64,000 bases of DNA from Halobacteriaceae archaeon (GTDB lineage Archaea > Halobacteriota > Halobacteria > Halobacteriales > Halobacteriaceae): assembly GCA_042216675.1 (NCBI GenBank), contig JBDGTS010000007.1, positions 45,457 to 109,456 on the forward strand, in the 5' to 3' direction. This document shows positions 9,406 to 18,479 of the stretch, one piece after another (position 1 is the first letter of the stretch; each line of letters begins with the position of its first letter). Made by a program: the position numbers and the translations under genes. A model generated the notes under the pieces. The model made no database searches. It was given only the letters and a program-made list of their open reading frames with translations, and was not told the DNA's origin.

Positions 9406-12400
9406 GTGTCAGCGACACCCCCTGCCCCGACCGGCCTCCGCGTCGACGGCCGCACCGACGACCCGACGATACCCGCGACGCCCCACTTTGGATGGCGCGT
9501 CGACGACCCCGATTGGGGCGACGAGCAGACGGCGTACCGCGTCCGCGTCGCTCGCTCCCCGGACGGCCCCCTCGTGTGGGACAGCGGCCGCGTCGAGAGC
9601 GCCGACTCGACTGACGTGTCCTACGACGGCCCCGCACTCGATTCCGACGCGCGCTACTGGTGGACCGTGCGCGTCTGGAACGACGACGGCGAGCGCTCGG
9701 CGCGGAGCGACCCCGCCAGTTTCCGCACCGCGCCCGAGACGCCGTGGGCCGGCGACTGGATCGGACCCGACGGCGACACCAACGGCTTCCGGACGCGCTT
9801 CGAGGACCCCGACGACGCGCCGTGGGTCGCCGTCGACGTGGGCGAGCAGACCCCGATCTCGGAGATTGCGCTCCACCCGACCGAGCCGTTCGGCGGCCCG
9901 GAGACGCCCGACGGCAAGACGCTGACCGCCCAAGACACCGAGGAGACGTACCGCGACACCACCGTCGCACAGGGTCCCGTCGCGTTCGGTTTTCCGGATA
10001 CCTACCGGGTCGAGGTGGCCGACGACGCCGACTTTGCGGACGCGGAGACCGTCGTCGAGGCCGACGGGGCAGACGTGCGCCGGGACCCCGCCGAACACGA
10101 GGTGGAGGCCGTGGGGCGCTACGTCCGCGTCGTCGCCACCGACCCCGACGTGGTGGGCGGGGACGACGACAGACTCCGCGAGGAGCGCCGCGACTGGAGC
10201 GTCCTCGCCCTCGCGGCTCTCGAAGTCAGAGACGGGTCGGGGGCGGACGCGGCCCGGGGCCGGCCGGTCACCCCGTCCTCCAGCGTCGAGAGCGAGGCGT
10301 GGGGTGCCACTCACCTGACGAACGGCGTCACGGAGTCCCGCTTCGGCGAGGGGTCCCCGCGCCTCCGCCGCGAGGTCACGCTCTCGAAGCGGGTGGCGAG
10401 CGCGCACGTCCACGTCGCCGCTCTCGGCTACGGCGAACTGTACCTGAACGGCGAGAAGGTGGGTGATTCGGTCCTCGACCCCGGCTGGACCGACTACACC
10501 GAGCGCGTCCTGTACCGGACTTACGACGTGACCGACCACCTTTCGGCGGGCGAGAACGCGCTGGGCCTCTGGCTCGGCCGCGGCTGGTTCGCGAAGCCGG
10601 TGCGCCAGTGGCCCGCCGTCGGCGCGCCGCGGGCGACGCTCCGCCTCACCGTCGAGTACGCGGACGGGACGACGCGCACCGTCACCACCGGCCCCGACTG
10701 GCGCCTCGGGCCGAGTCCCGTCACCGAGAACGACATCTACGACGGCGAGTCGTACGACGCGCGCCGCGAGGAACCCGGCTGGGCGACTCCCGGCTTCGAC
10801 GACGGCCACTGGGAGAGTACCCCCGTCGTCACGGCGCCCGACGGCGAACTGTACCCCCAGCAGACGCCCCCGATTCGCGTGACCGAACGGCGCGAGCCAG
10901 TCGAGGTGACGGCCCGCGACGGCGGCCACGTCGTCGACTTCGGCCAGAACCTCACCGGCTGGGTCGAACTCACCGTCCGCGGCGCCGACGCCGGGGACGA
11001 ACTCACCGTCAGCCACGCCGAGGCGCTGAACGACGACGGCTCCCTGCAGACGGTGGACCTCCGCACCGCCGAGGCGACGGACACCTACGTCGCGCGCGGC
11101 GACGATGCCGAGACGTACGCGCCGCGGTTCACGTACCACGGCTTCCGCTACGCTCGAATCGAGGGCTATCCCGGGGACCTCGACCCCGCGGACGTGACGG
11201 CCGAAGTCGTCCACACGGACTTCGACGACACCGGCCGCTTCGCCTGCGCGGACGCGGACCTGAACGCCGTGCAGGAAAACGCCCGGTGGGGCCTGCGCTC
11301 GAACGCCCACTCGGTGCCGACGGACTGCCCCCAACGCGACGAGCGACAGGGCTTCACCGGCGACGGGCACCTCGCGGGGGGCGCCCTGCACTACAACTTC
11401 GGCGCCGGGCGCTTCCACGAGAAGTTCGCCCGGGACCACGCCGACGCGCAGTCCGCCCACGGCTACGTCCCCTCGAAGATGCCCCACGGCAGTCAGCCGG
11501 CGATGACCGACCCGACGTGGACGTACTCGCTTTTGGACGTGCCGTGGCGCACGTACTGCCACGACGCCGACGCGCGGTCGCTCCGCGCGCTCTATCCCCG
11601 GTTCGCCCGCTACGTCGCCTACTACCGCGACGTGGGCGACCCGCTGCTTCCGGAGCGGTTCAGCAGTTACGGCGACTGGGTGGCGCTCGAAAACGCCGAC
11701 GGGCGCGTGGGGAAGCCCGTAGACCTGTTCACCAACGCCTACCACTACCGCGCCCTCGACGTGGCGGCGCGCGTCGCCGACGCCCTCGGCACCGACGACG
11801 CGGAGCGCTACCGGGCGGCGGCCGAGGAGGTGGCCGCGGCGTTCGTCGAGCGCTACTTCGACGCCGACGCCGGGAGTTTCGGCGACACGCAGGCCGCGAA
11901 CGCCGTGCCCCTCGCACTCGGCCTCGTGCCGGAGGACCGCGAGGCCGACGTGGCCGAGGCGCTGGTCGCTCGGGTCCGCGCGGCCGACGGCCACCTCCAG
12001 ACCGGGTTCCTCGGCACGCCGGCGCTCCTCCGCGCCCTCACCGAGTCCGGGCACGCAGACGTGGCCTACGAGGTGGCCAGCACGCCCGAGAAGCCCGGCT
12101 GGGTGTATCAGGTCCGGCAGGGCGCGACGACGGTGTGGGAGCGCTGGGACACCGACGAGCGGGTGGGGTCGCGGATGAACTCCCGGAACCACTCGCCGTT
12201 CGCCCTCGTCTCCGAGTGGTTCTACGAGGGCGTCGCGGGCCTCGAATGCTCGTCGGCGCTCCCCCGCGAGCGACGGGTGGACGTGCGCCCGGGCCGCATC
12301 TCCGCCCTCGACTGGGCCGAGGCGGCCGTCGAGACGCCCCACGGCGAGGTGGCGACCCGCTGGGAGCGAGACGGCGACGCCCTCGACGTGTCGGTGACGG

Positions 12401-12567
12401 TGCCGTGGAATCTCACCGCCGCGGTCCACCTCCCCGACGACGCGGTAACGGTGAACGGCGACGCGCCGAGCGACGCTTCGGCGGTCCATGAGGTGACCGA
12501 GGGCGGGGCGACGCTCCACCTCGGGCCGGGCGAGCACGCGATACGGGCGGGAACCGACACCCAATAG
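9406..12567 (+). CDS. GH78 alpha-L-rhamnosidase with inserted CBM32/F5-8-like domain
   Basis: WDSG Fn3 domain, LDPGWTDY, IYDGESYDAR, DFGQNLTGW, FTYHGFRY, PTDCPQRDER, ATTVWERW and MNSRNH. Probable GTG start at 9406. Confidence 0.92.
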   Translation: MSATPPAPTGLRVDGRTDDPTIPATPHFGWRVDDPDWGDEQTAYRVRVARSPDGPLVWDSGRVESADSTDVSYDGPALDSDARYWWTVRVWNDDGERSARSDPASFRTAPETPWAGDWIGPDGDTNGFRTRFEDPDDAPWVAVDVGEQTPISEIALHPTEPFGGPETPDGKTLTAQDTEETYRDTTVAQGPVAFGFPDTYRVEVADDADFADAETVVEADGADVRRDPAEHEVEAVGRYVRVVATDPDVVGGDDDRLREERRDWSVLALAALEVRDGSGADAARGRPVTPSSSVESEAWGATHLTNGVTESRFGEGSPRLRREVTLSKRVASAHVHVAALGYGELYLNGEKVGDSVLDPGWTDYTERVLYRTYDVTDHLSAGENALGLWLGRGWFAKPVRQWPAVGAPRATLRLTVEYADGTTRTVTTGPDWRLGPSPVTENDIYDGESYDARREEPGWATPGFDDGHWESTPVVTAPDGELYPQQTPPIRVTERREPVEVTARDGGHVVDFGQNLTGWVELTVRGADAGDELTVSHAEALNDDGSLQTVDLRTAEATDTYVARGDDAETYAPRFTYHGFRYARIEGYPGDLDPADVTAEVVHTDFDDTGRFACADADLNAVQENARWGLRSNAHSVPTDCPQRDERQGFTGDGHLAGGALHYNFGAGRFHEKFARDHADAQSAHGYVPSKMPHGSQPAMTDPTWTYSLLDVPWRTYCHDADARSLRALYPRFARYVAYYRDVGDPLLPERFSSYGDWVALENADGRVGKPVDLFTNAYHYRALDVAARVADALGTDDAERYRAAAEEVAAAFVERYFDADAGSFGDTQAANAVPLALGLVPEDREADVAEALVARVRAADGHLQTGFLGTPALLRALTESGHADVAYEVASTPEKPGWVYQVRQGATTVWERWDTDERVGSRMNSRNHSPFALVSEWFYEGVAGLECSSALPRERRVDVRPGRISALDWAEAAVETPHGEVATRWERDGDALDVSVTVPWNLTAAVHLPDDAVTVNGDAPSDASAVHEVTEGGATLHLGPGEHAIRAGTDTQ

Positions 12568-12591
12568 GCCCTGCGAGCCGACGGCTGGGGC

Positions 12592-12903
12592 ATGCCCGAT
12601 GACCACCCGCTCACCGCCGTCTCGCGCGCCGTGGCCGTCCTCGGCGCGACGTATCTCACCGTCGGGTCGTTGTCGCTCGCGCGGGACCCCGGCGCGACGA
12701 CGGCGCGCTACGCCCTCCTCTTGCTCATCGTCGCCCTCGCGTGGGGCGGCGTCGCGGGCGTCGTCCGCGAGGAGCGGCCGCTCTGGGCCACGTCGCTCGT
12801 CGGCTTGACGGTGCTGGCGCTGTTCAACGACATTCTCACGCAGTTCCTGTTCCCCGCGCTCGGAGCGCTGGCGCTCGGGGTGGCGCTCACCGAGGCGCGC
12901 TGA
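12592..12903 (+). CDS. Small hypothetical membrane protein
   Basis: 103 aa with about 4 hydrophobic segments; fills the gap between the GH78 and GH2 genes. Confidence 0.65.
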   Translation: MPDDHPLTAVSRAVAVLGATYLTVGSLSLARDPGATTARYALLLLIVALAWGGVAGVVREERPLWATSLVGLTVLALFNDILTQFLFPALGALALGVALTEAR

Positions 12904-15576
12904 CTACCGCGTGAGCAGTTTGTCGCGGAGCGGTCCCGACAGCACCGCGTCGGGGTCGAAGTCGTCGGAGGCCGCGTAGGACAGAAGCGACCGGCGGAGT
13001 TGGTCCGCCGCCGGGTCGTCCACCTCGGGCAGTGGGGCCGCACAGACCAACAGGCCGCCGTCGCCGGCACTCGTCTCGAACACGAAGCCGAGTTTCTGGT
13101 TCCGCTCGATGTTGTCCACCGCGCCGACTACCGGTTCGTGGTCGGCGGGCGCGTCGTCAAGGACCACCGGGCGCCCGTTCTCGACGATTCGGTACCACTG
13201 CCAGTCGGTTCGCCCGGGCGTCGGGAAGTCGGCCAGCGCCGGGTGGTCCGGGTCACAGTAGAGCCCCAGCGTCCCGGGGGGTGCCTGTCGCTTGAACAGC
13301 GTGTACGACCAGAAGTCGGGTTGGAATGACCCCGGCACCGAGTGGCGGAGGTCGTCGCCGTCGGGGAACAGCACCACCGTCTCACCGTCGGCCAGCAGTT
13401 CGCGCGTCTCCTCGTCGTAGGATTCGCTGACCGTGACGCCGTCGGGCACCGTCACCGGGTCGGTGGGGTAGGCCCACACGTCGTAGCGGTTCGACGCGTC
13501 CGCCGCGGGCACGGCGACGGACAAGTCGAGGGCCGCGGGCGCGTCGACGCCGGGGAGGTCGGCTTCGACGGTGCCCAGTTCGGCCAGCGACCCCTGTGCC
13601 ACGTCGCCGGCGTCGAGAGTGCCCGACGCCACTTCGCCGTCCGGGCCGGTCAGGCGCCACTCCGCGGTCACGTCCGTCAGGTCGGCGGCGCCGTAGTGCG
13701 CGAGGTCGATGTCGGCCGTCAGCGTCTCCTCGGCGGTCCAGACCCGGGTTTCGAGACGCGCCAGCGGCACCGTCGGCGCACAGTAGTCGCGCCAGCGGGC
13801 CGGGTCCACGAGACCCTTGGACTGCATGTGCGCGTCGAGGATGCCGACGAGCGCCGTCCCCTGTCCGGGGAAGTCCTGCAGGTCGAGCAACTGGAAGCCG
13901 CCCAGTTCGGGCGTTCGGAGCGCCGCCTCCACCTCCGCGCGGTAGCAGTCGACGGCGAGTCCGCCCGACGCCCGCTGGAACCGCTCGTCCCGGCCGGCCA
14001 TCCCGTGGGCTTCGAGGTGGTCGCGGGCGACGGCGAGGTTCTCCGGCCGGAACAGCGGGCCGTAGTCGCGAATCTCGTCGTAGTCGGGGTACACCTGAAA
14101 CTGCCCGATTTCGTGGGTCACGACGGGCAGGTCGACCGATTCGAGGACGTCGCGGTAGTCGTCGGCGGTGTCGGGCGTGCCCTCGGCCGTCTCGTCCTTG
14201 TAGGAGCCACGGACCGGCGTCTTGCCGTCCGCGCCGTCGAGGAGGTCCGGGCTGACCGAGGCCGTTATCCAGAAGTCCTCGTTGTCGCCGGGGTGTGGGT
14301 CCCCGAGGAAGTTGTACGCCCCGTGGGCGTACAGGCGGCGGGGGTCGTGGTCCCGACACCAGTCCACGAGGTCCGCCATCGCGTCTCGGGCGCCTTGCAG
14401 TTCGTTGCCGAGGGCGAACAGCGCGAACGAGGGGTGGTTGCCGTAGGCGTCGAGGATGGCCTCCGCCTCCGCGCGGAAGAACTCGTAGCGCTCCGAGTCC
14501 GCGAACGCGTCGGCGTTGTTCCAAATCGGCAGTTCCGGCTGGAGGTACATCCCGAGTTCGTCCGCCGCCTCGAAGGCGGCCTCGGGCGGGCACCACGAGT
14601 GAAAGCGGACGTGGTTGATGCCGTACTCGCGCATCGTCCCGAGATGGTCGCGCCACGCGCTCTCGCCCATCGGCGCGTAGCCGGTGTTCGGGAAGACACA
14701 GCAGTCCACGGTGCCGCGCAGGAACGTCGTGCGGCCGTTGACGCGGAACTGCGTACCCTCGGTCTCGACGTCGCGCACGCCGAACGTCGCCGTCTCCGCG
14801 TCGGCGTAATCGCCGGCCGTCAGGTCGACGCGCACCTCGTGGCGCGTCTGCTCGAACTCGTCCCAGCGGCCGTCGCCGGCGTCGAGCGTCACCTCCACCG
14901 TCGTCTCGCCGGGGTCGGCGGCGACGGTGACTGTCGTCTCCGTCGCGTCGTGGGCCGCGCCGCGACTCGAGGCCGCGAGCGAGAGGTCTCCCGACACCGG
15001 GCCGTCGGTGTCGTTGGCGACTGTCACCGCCACGCGCGCCGTCCCGCGCGCGGCGTCGGGGTACACCTGCACGTCAGCGACGCGGACCGGGTCGGCGGCC
15101 CGGAGTTCGATGGCGCCCAGAATCCCGTTCCAGTTCGTCTGCGTCTCCTCGGTGACCATGTGCGACCGGGCGACGCCGCGCCAGTCGAACAGGGCCGCGC
15201 CGTTGTCGACGCGGACGGTCAGGGTGTTCTCGCCGGGCGCGAGGGCGTCGGTCAGGTCGAATCTCTGCGGCGCCGAGAGGCGGCGGCTCTCCCCGACCCG
15301 CTCGCCGTTCACCCAGACTGTCGTCACGCGACTCCGTTCGAGGACCAGTTCGACGTGCTTCCTCGCCCACCGCTCGGGCACGGTGACCGTGCGCCGGTAC
15401 CACGCCTCGCCCTCGAAGGGGTAGGTGCGCGTCAGGCGGTCCTGCTCGCGGGCCTCGTTTCTCTCGCCCACGCGGTTCTCGTCCGTCGTGCCCGGCAGGC
15501 AGACCGTCTCGTCGTAGCCGTCCTCGGGGGCCTGCGAGAACTGCCACCGGCCCGCGAGCGAACGCGTCTCTGTCAC
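12904..15576 (-). CDS. GH2-family glycoside hydrolase (uronidase-like)
   Basis: TQTNWNGILG, FLRGTVDC, GINHVRFHSWCPPEAAF, NHPSF..GNEL, HEIGQ and GFQLLDLQDFPGQGTALVG. GTG start at about 15576. Confidence 0.85.
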   Translation of the reverse strand: MTETRSLAGRWQFSQAPEDGYDETVCLPGTTDENRVGERNEAREQDRLTRTYPFEGEAWYRRTVTVPERWARKHVELVLERSRVTTVWVNGERVGESRRLSAPQRFDLTDALAPGENTLTVRVDNGAALFDWRGVARSHMVTEETQTNWNGILGAIELRAADPVRVADVQVYPDAARGTARVAVTVANDTDGPVSGDLSLAASSRGAAHDATETTVTVAADPGETTVEVTLDAGDGRWDEFEQTRHEVRVDLTAGDYADAETATFGVRDVETEGTQFRVNGRTTFLRGTVDCCVFPNTGYAPMGESAWRDHLGTMREYGINHVRFHSWCPPEAAFEAADELGMYLQPELPIWNNADAFADSERYEFFRAEAEAILDAYGNHPSFALFALGNELQGARDAMADLVDWCRDHDPRRLYAHGAYNFLGDPHPGDNEDFWITASVSPDLLDGADGKTPVRGSYKDETAEGTPDTADDYRDVLESVDLPVVTHEIGQFQVYPDYDEIRDYGPLFRPENLAVARDHLEAHGMAGRDERFQRASGGLAVDCYRAEVEAALRTPELGGFQLLDLQDFPGQGTALVGILDAHMQSKGLVDPARWRDYCAPTVPLARLETRVWTAEETLTADIDLAHYGAADLTDVTAEWRLTGPDGEVASGTLDAGDVAQGSLAELGTVEADLPGVDAPAALDLSVAVPAADASNRYDVWAYPTDPVTVPDGVTVSESYDEETRELLADGETVVLFPDGDDLRHSVPGSFQPDFWSYTLFKRQAPPGTLGLYCDPDHPALADFPTPGRTDWQWYRIVENGRPVVLDDAPADHEPVVGAVDNIERNQKLGFVFETSAGDGGLLVCAAPLPEVDDPAADQLRRSLLSYAASDDFDPDAVLSGPLRDKLLTR

Positions 15577-15616
15577 GGCTATCTCGGGCGCGGCGGCGAG
15601 CAAAAGCGTTCCGGGG

Positions 15617-16765
15617 TCAGTCCACGACGACGTGGCGCGTCCGGTTCGCTTCCACGAAGTCCCAGTCGATGTCGACGCCGAGGCCCGGTCCCTCGGGGAC
15701 GGCGACGTGGCCGTCGTCGTCCACGACTTCGATTGGGGTCTCGTAGCCGACGTTGTTCGTCCACTCGAAGCCGAGTTCCGGGTGGACGAGGCCGTGTTCG
15801 AAGTAGCCGGCGTTGGGCACCGCCGAGAGCAAGTGGAGGTGTGCCGCGCCGCCGAGATGGGGTTCGAGGTCCATCCCCGCGGACTGGACGGCGTGGACCG
15901 TCTTCATCGCGCCCGTCAGGCCGCCGCCGAGGTGGGCGTCGACGCGCACCAAGTCGAGGGCGTCCTCGAACAGGTGGTCGATGGCGCCGAACGGTTCGGT
16001 GCGGGAGTGTTCGAGGCCGAGAATCGGCGTGTCCAGTTCCTCGGTGAGGCGGCGCATCGCGTAGGCGCTGTCGCCGGTGTCGCGCAGCGGGTCCTCGTAC
16101 CACGCGAAGTCGAGTTCGTCCAGCACCCGGCCCACCTTCAGCGCGTCCGAGTAGCGCCGGTAGCAACTGGACGGGTCGATCATCAGCTCCATCTCGTCGC
16201 CGACGGCGTCGTCGACGGCGCGACAGATTTCGACGTCCCGGTCGGCGTCCCCCAGCGGGTGAATCTTGAACGCCGGATACCCCCGGTCGCGGCACTCGCG
16301 GGCGAAGTCGGCGTACGTCGAGGGCGTGTCGTACTCCGGGTTGCCCGACGTGGTGGAGGCGTAGGCGGGCACGCGCTCCCGCATCCGACCGCCCAGCAGT
16401 GTGGCGACGGACTCGCCGTACTTCTTGCCGGCGAGGTCCCAGAGGGCGATGTCGATGGGGCCGATGCCGAGGTGCCCCGTGTGTCTGAGCGCCCGCCGCA
16501 GGTCGAACCAGATGGCCTCACGGTTGAGGGGGTTCCGCCCCAGCAGGAAGTCCTCGGCGACGTGTTCGACCTGTGGAACGGTGAGGGCGCCGAAAATCTG
16601 GCCTCGGTACTGGCCGGTCACCCCCTCGTCGGTGTGAATCGAGAGGACGAAGGAGGTCCCTTCGGCCGTCTCGCCCGGTTCGTACACGGACTCGCCGTCC
16701 GGGCGGGTGCCGACATCTGCCTGTTCGAACGCGAACTCGTCGATTTCGACTGCGGTGATTTCCAT
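15617..16765 (-). CDS. Mandelate racemase/enolase superfamily protein
   Basis: IDIALWDLAGK, PAYAST, FKIH, LMID, WYEDP and GPGLG. ATG at 16765. Confidence 0.85.
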   Translation of the reverse strand: MEITAVEIDEFAFEQADVGTRPDGESVYEPGETAEGTSFVLSIHTDEGVTGQYRGQIFGALTVPQVEHVAEDFLLGRNPLNREAIWFDLRRALRHTGHLGIGPIDIALWDLAGKKYGESVATLLGGRMRERVPAYASTTSGNPEYDTPSTYADFARECRDRGYPAFKIHPLGDADRDVEICRAVDDAVGDEMELMIDPSSCYRRYSDALKVGRVLDELDFAWYEDPLRDTGDSAYAMRRLTEELDTPILGLEHSRTEPFGAIDHLFEDALDLVRVDAHLGGGLTGAMKTVHAVQSAGMDLEPHLGGAAHLHLLSAVPNAGYFEHGLVHPELGFEWTNNVGYETPIEVVDDDGHVAVPEGPGLGVDIDWDFVEANRTRHVVVD

Positions 16766-16865
16766 TCGGAGTGGCTCCGACGCTGGTACGTCGAAAAGCG
16801 AGTCGGTGCCACCCGGAATAAGGGTTTCCCAAAGGCTCATTTGCGCGGGCCGCGCCTCGGTTCAC

Positions 16866-17783
16866 ATGGCTGCATTCGAGGGCGTCTGCCCCATCGTCTC
16901 CACGCCGTTCGACGAGGACGGGAGCGTCGACTACGACAGTCTGGAAACGCAAATCACCGCGCTCGCGGACGGTGGCTGTCACGGCGCCATCCTCTTTGGC
17001 TTCGCCGGCGAGTTCTACAAACTCACCGAGGAGGAACAGGGCCGCATCGTGGCGCGGTCCGTCGCGGCCGCCGACGAGGCCGAGATTCCGCTCTACGTCT
17101 CCATCACGGCCCACGCGACGAGCGTCGCCGTGGACCGGGCGCGCGCCGCCGAAACTACGGGCGCCGACGGCCTGATGCTCCTCCCGCCGTTCGTCATGGG
17201 GCCGAGCGCCGACGACATCCGCGACCACATCGAGGCCGTCGGGGAGGCCGTCGACCTGCCGGTGATGGTGCAGTACGCGCCCGACAACACCGGCGTCTCC
17301 ATCTCGCCGGAGACGTTCGTCGAGGTGAGCGAGTCACTGCCGAACGTGAACCGCTACAAGGTCGAGTGTAGTCCCCCCGGCGGCTACACGACGGCGCTCC
17401 TCGACGCCGCGCCCGACGACGTGGAGGTGCTGGTGGGAAGCGGCGGCCGCGCCTTCATCGAGATGCTGGACCGCGGCGGCGTCGGCGTCGTCCCCGGCGG
17501 CGCCCTCCACGAGATTTACGTCGAAATCTACGAGCGATACGAGGCCGGCGACAGGGCCGGAGCCCTCGAACTCCACCGGGAACTGCTCCCATACCTCCAG
17601 CACATCGGCCAGACCGGCGAGATGTTCATCCACTACGAGAAGCGCCTCATCGCCGACAGGGGCTTCATCGACGACCCCACCTGCCGGGACCCCGCCTTCG
17701 ACCCGGACGACTACCTCGACGACCTGTTCGCTGACCTCGCAGACCCCCTCGTGGAGCGGGCAGAAGACCTGCGCCCGGCCTGA
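16866..17783 (+). CDS. DHDPS/NAL family protein (keto-deoxy sugar-acid dehydratase/aldolase)
   Basis: TPFDEDG.VD, GEFYKL, MLLPPF, VMVQYAP and Schiff-base YKVE. ATG at 16866. Confidence 0.85.
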   Translation: MAAFEGVCPIVSTPFDEDGSVDYDSLETQITALADGGCHGAILFGFAGEFYKLTEEEQGRIVARSVAAADEAEIPLYVSITAHATSVAVDRARAAETTGADGLMLLPPFVMGPSADDIRDHIEAVGEAVDLPVMVQYAPDNTGVSISPETFVEVSESLPNVNRYKVECSPPGGYTTALLDAAPDDVEVLVGSGGRAFIEMLDRGGVGVVPGGALHEIYVEIYERYEAGDRAGALELHRELLPYLQHIGQTGEMFIHYEKRLIADRGFIDDPTCRDPAFDPDDYLDDLFADLADPLVERAEDLRPA

Positions 17784-17837
17784 GCCTACGCAGTTTTCGT
17801 CCCCGTTGAAGGCGCCGGCACCCGTCTCTCCGCCGAG

Positions 17838-18479
17838 ATGCTCGTGGCCTTCGACTTCGACGGCGCGCTGGCGGAGAACGACATGACCGTCGCCCTCGCG
17901 GCCGAGGCGGGCGTCGAGGACGAGGTGGCCGCCATCGCCGACAGAGCGGCGACCGGCGACGTCGACCACGCCGAGGGCATTCGGGAACGTGTCGCTCTCT
18001 TCGAGGGCCTCTCCGCGGACCGCGTCGACAGCGCGTTCGACCGTGTGAAACTCCGATCGGGCGCCGCCGACTTGCTCGCGGACCTCCGAGAAGCGGGCCA
18101 CCGCGTCGCCGTCGTCTCGGAGGGCTTCGAGCGCGGCGTCGACCACGTCTTCGCGAACCGACGCCCGCGCGTCGACGCCGACGACGTGGTGGCGAATCGC
18201 CTCGTCTTCGACGACCACGACGCCCTCATCGGCGACGTGGAGGGGCCGCTCCTCGACGGCAGTCCGGCCGACGCCCTCGACTCCATCGCCACCGCCGCCG
18301 GCGTTCCGATGACCGAGACGCTCGCGGTGGGCGGGCGCGCGTACTCGCTCCCGATGCTACAGGCAGCCGACGACGCCGTCGGCTTCCACCCGGACGCCGT
18401 GGTCGAGGACTACGTGGACTACGTGCGCCGCGACGTGGGCCAACTCCGCCTGCACTTCGAGGACCACGGCCTGCTATAG
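17838..18479 (+). CDS. SerB-like HAD hydrolase with degenerate catalytic motifs
   Basis: AFDFDG motif I and SerB-like body (GEVEGPL-type segment, LPML..A...GF.P); motifs III and IV are altered. Confidence 0.8.
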   Translation: MLVAFDFDGALAENDMTVALAAEAGVEDEVAAIADRAATGDVDHAEGIRERVALFEGLSADRVDSAFDRVKLRSGAADLLADLREAGHRVAVVSEGFERGVDHVFANRRPRVDADDVVANRLVFDDHDALIGDVEGPLLDGSPADALDSIATAAGVPMTETLAVGGRAYSLPMLQAADDAVGFHPDAVVEDYVDYVRRDVGQLRLHFEDHGLL

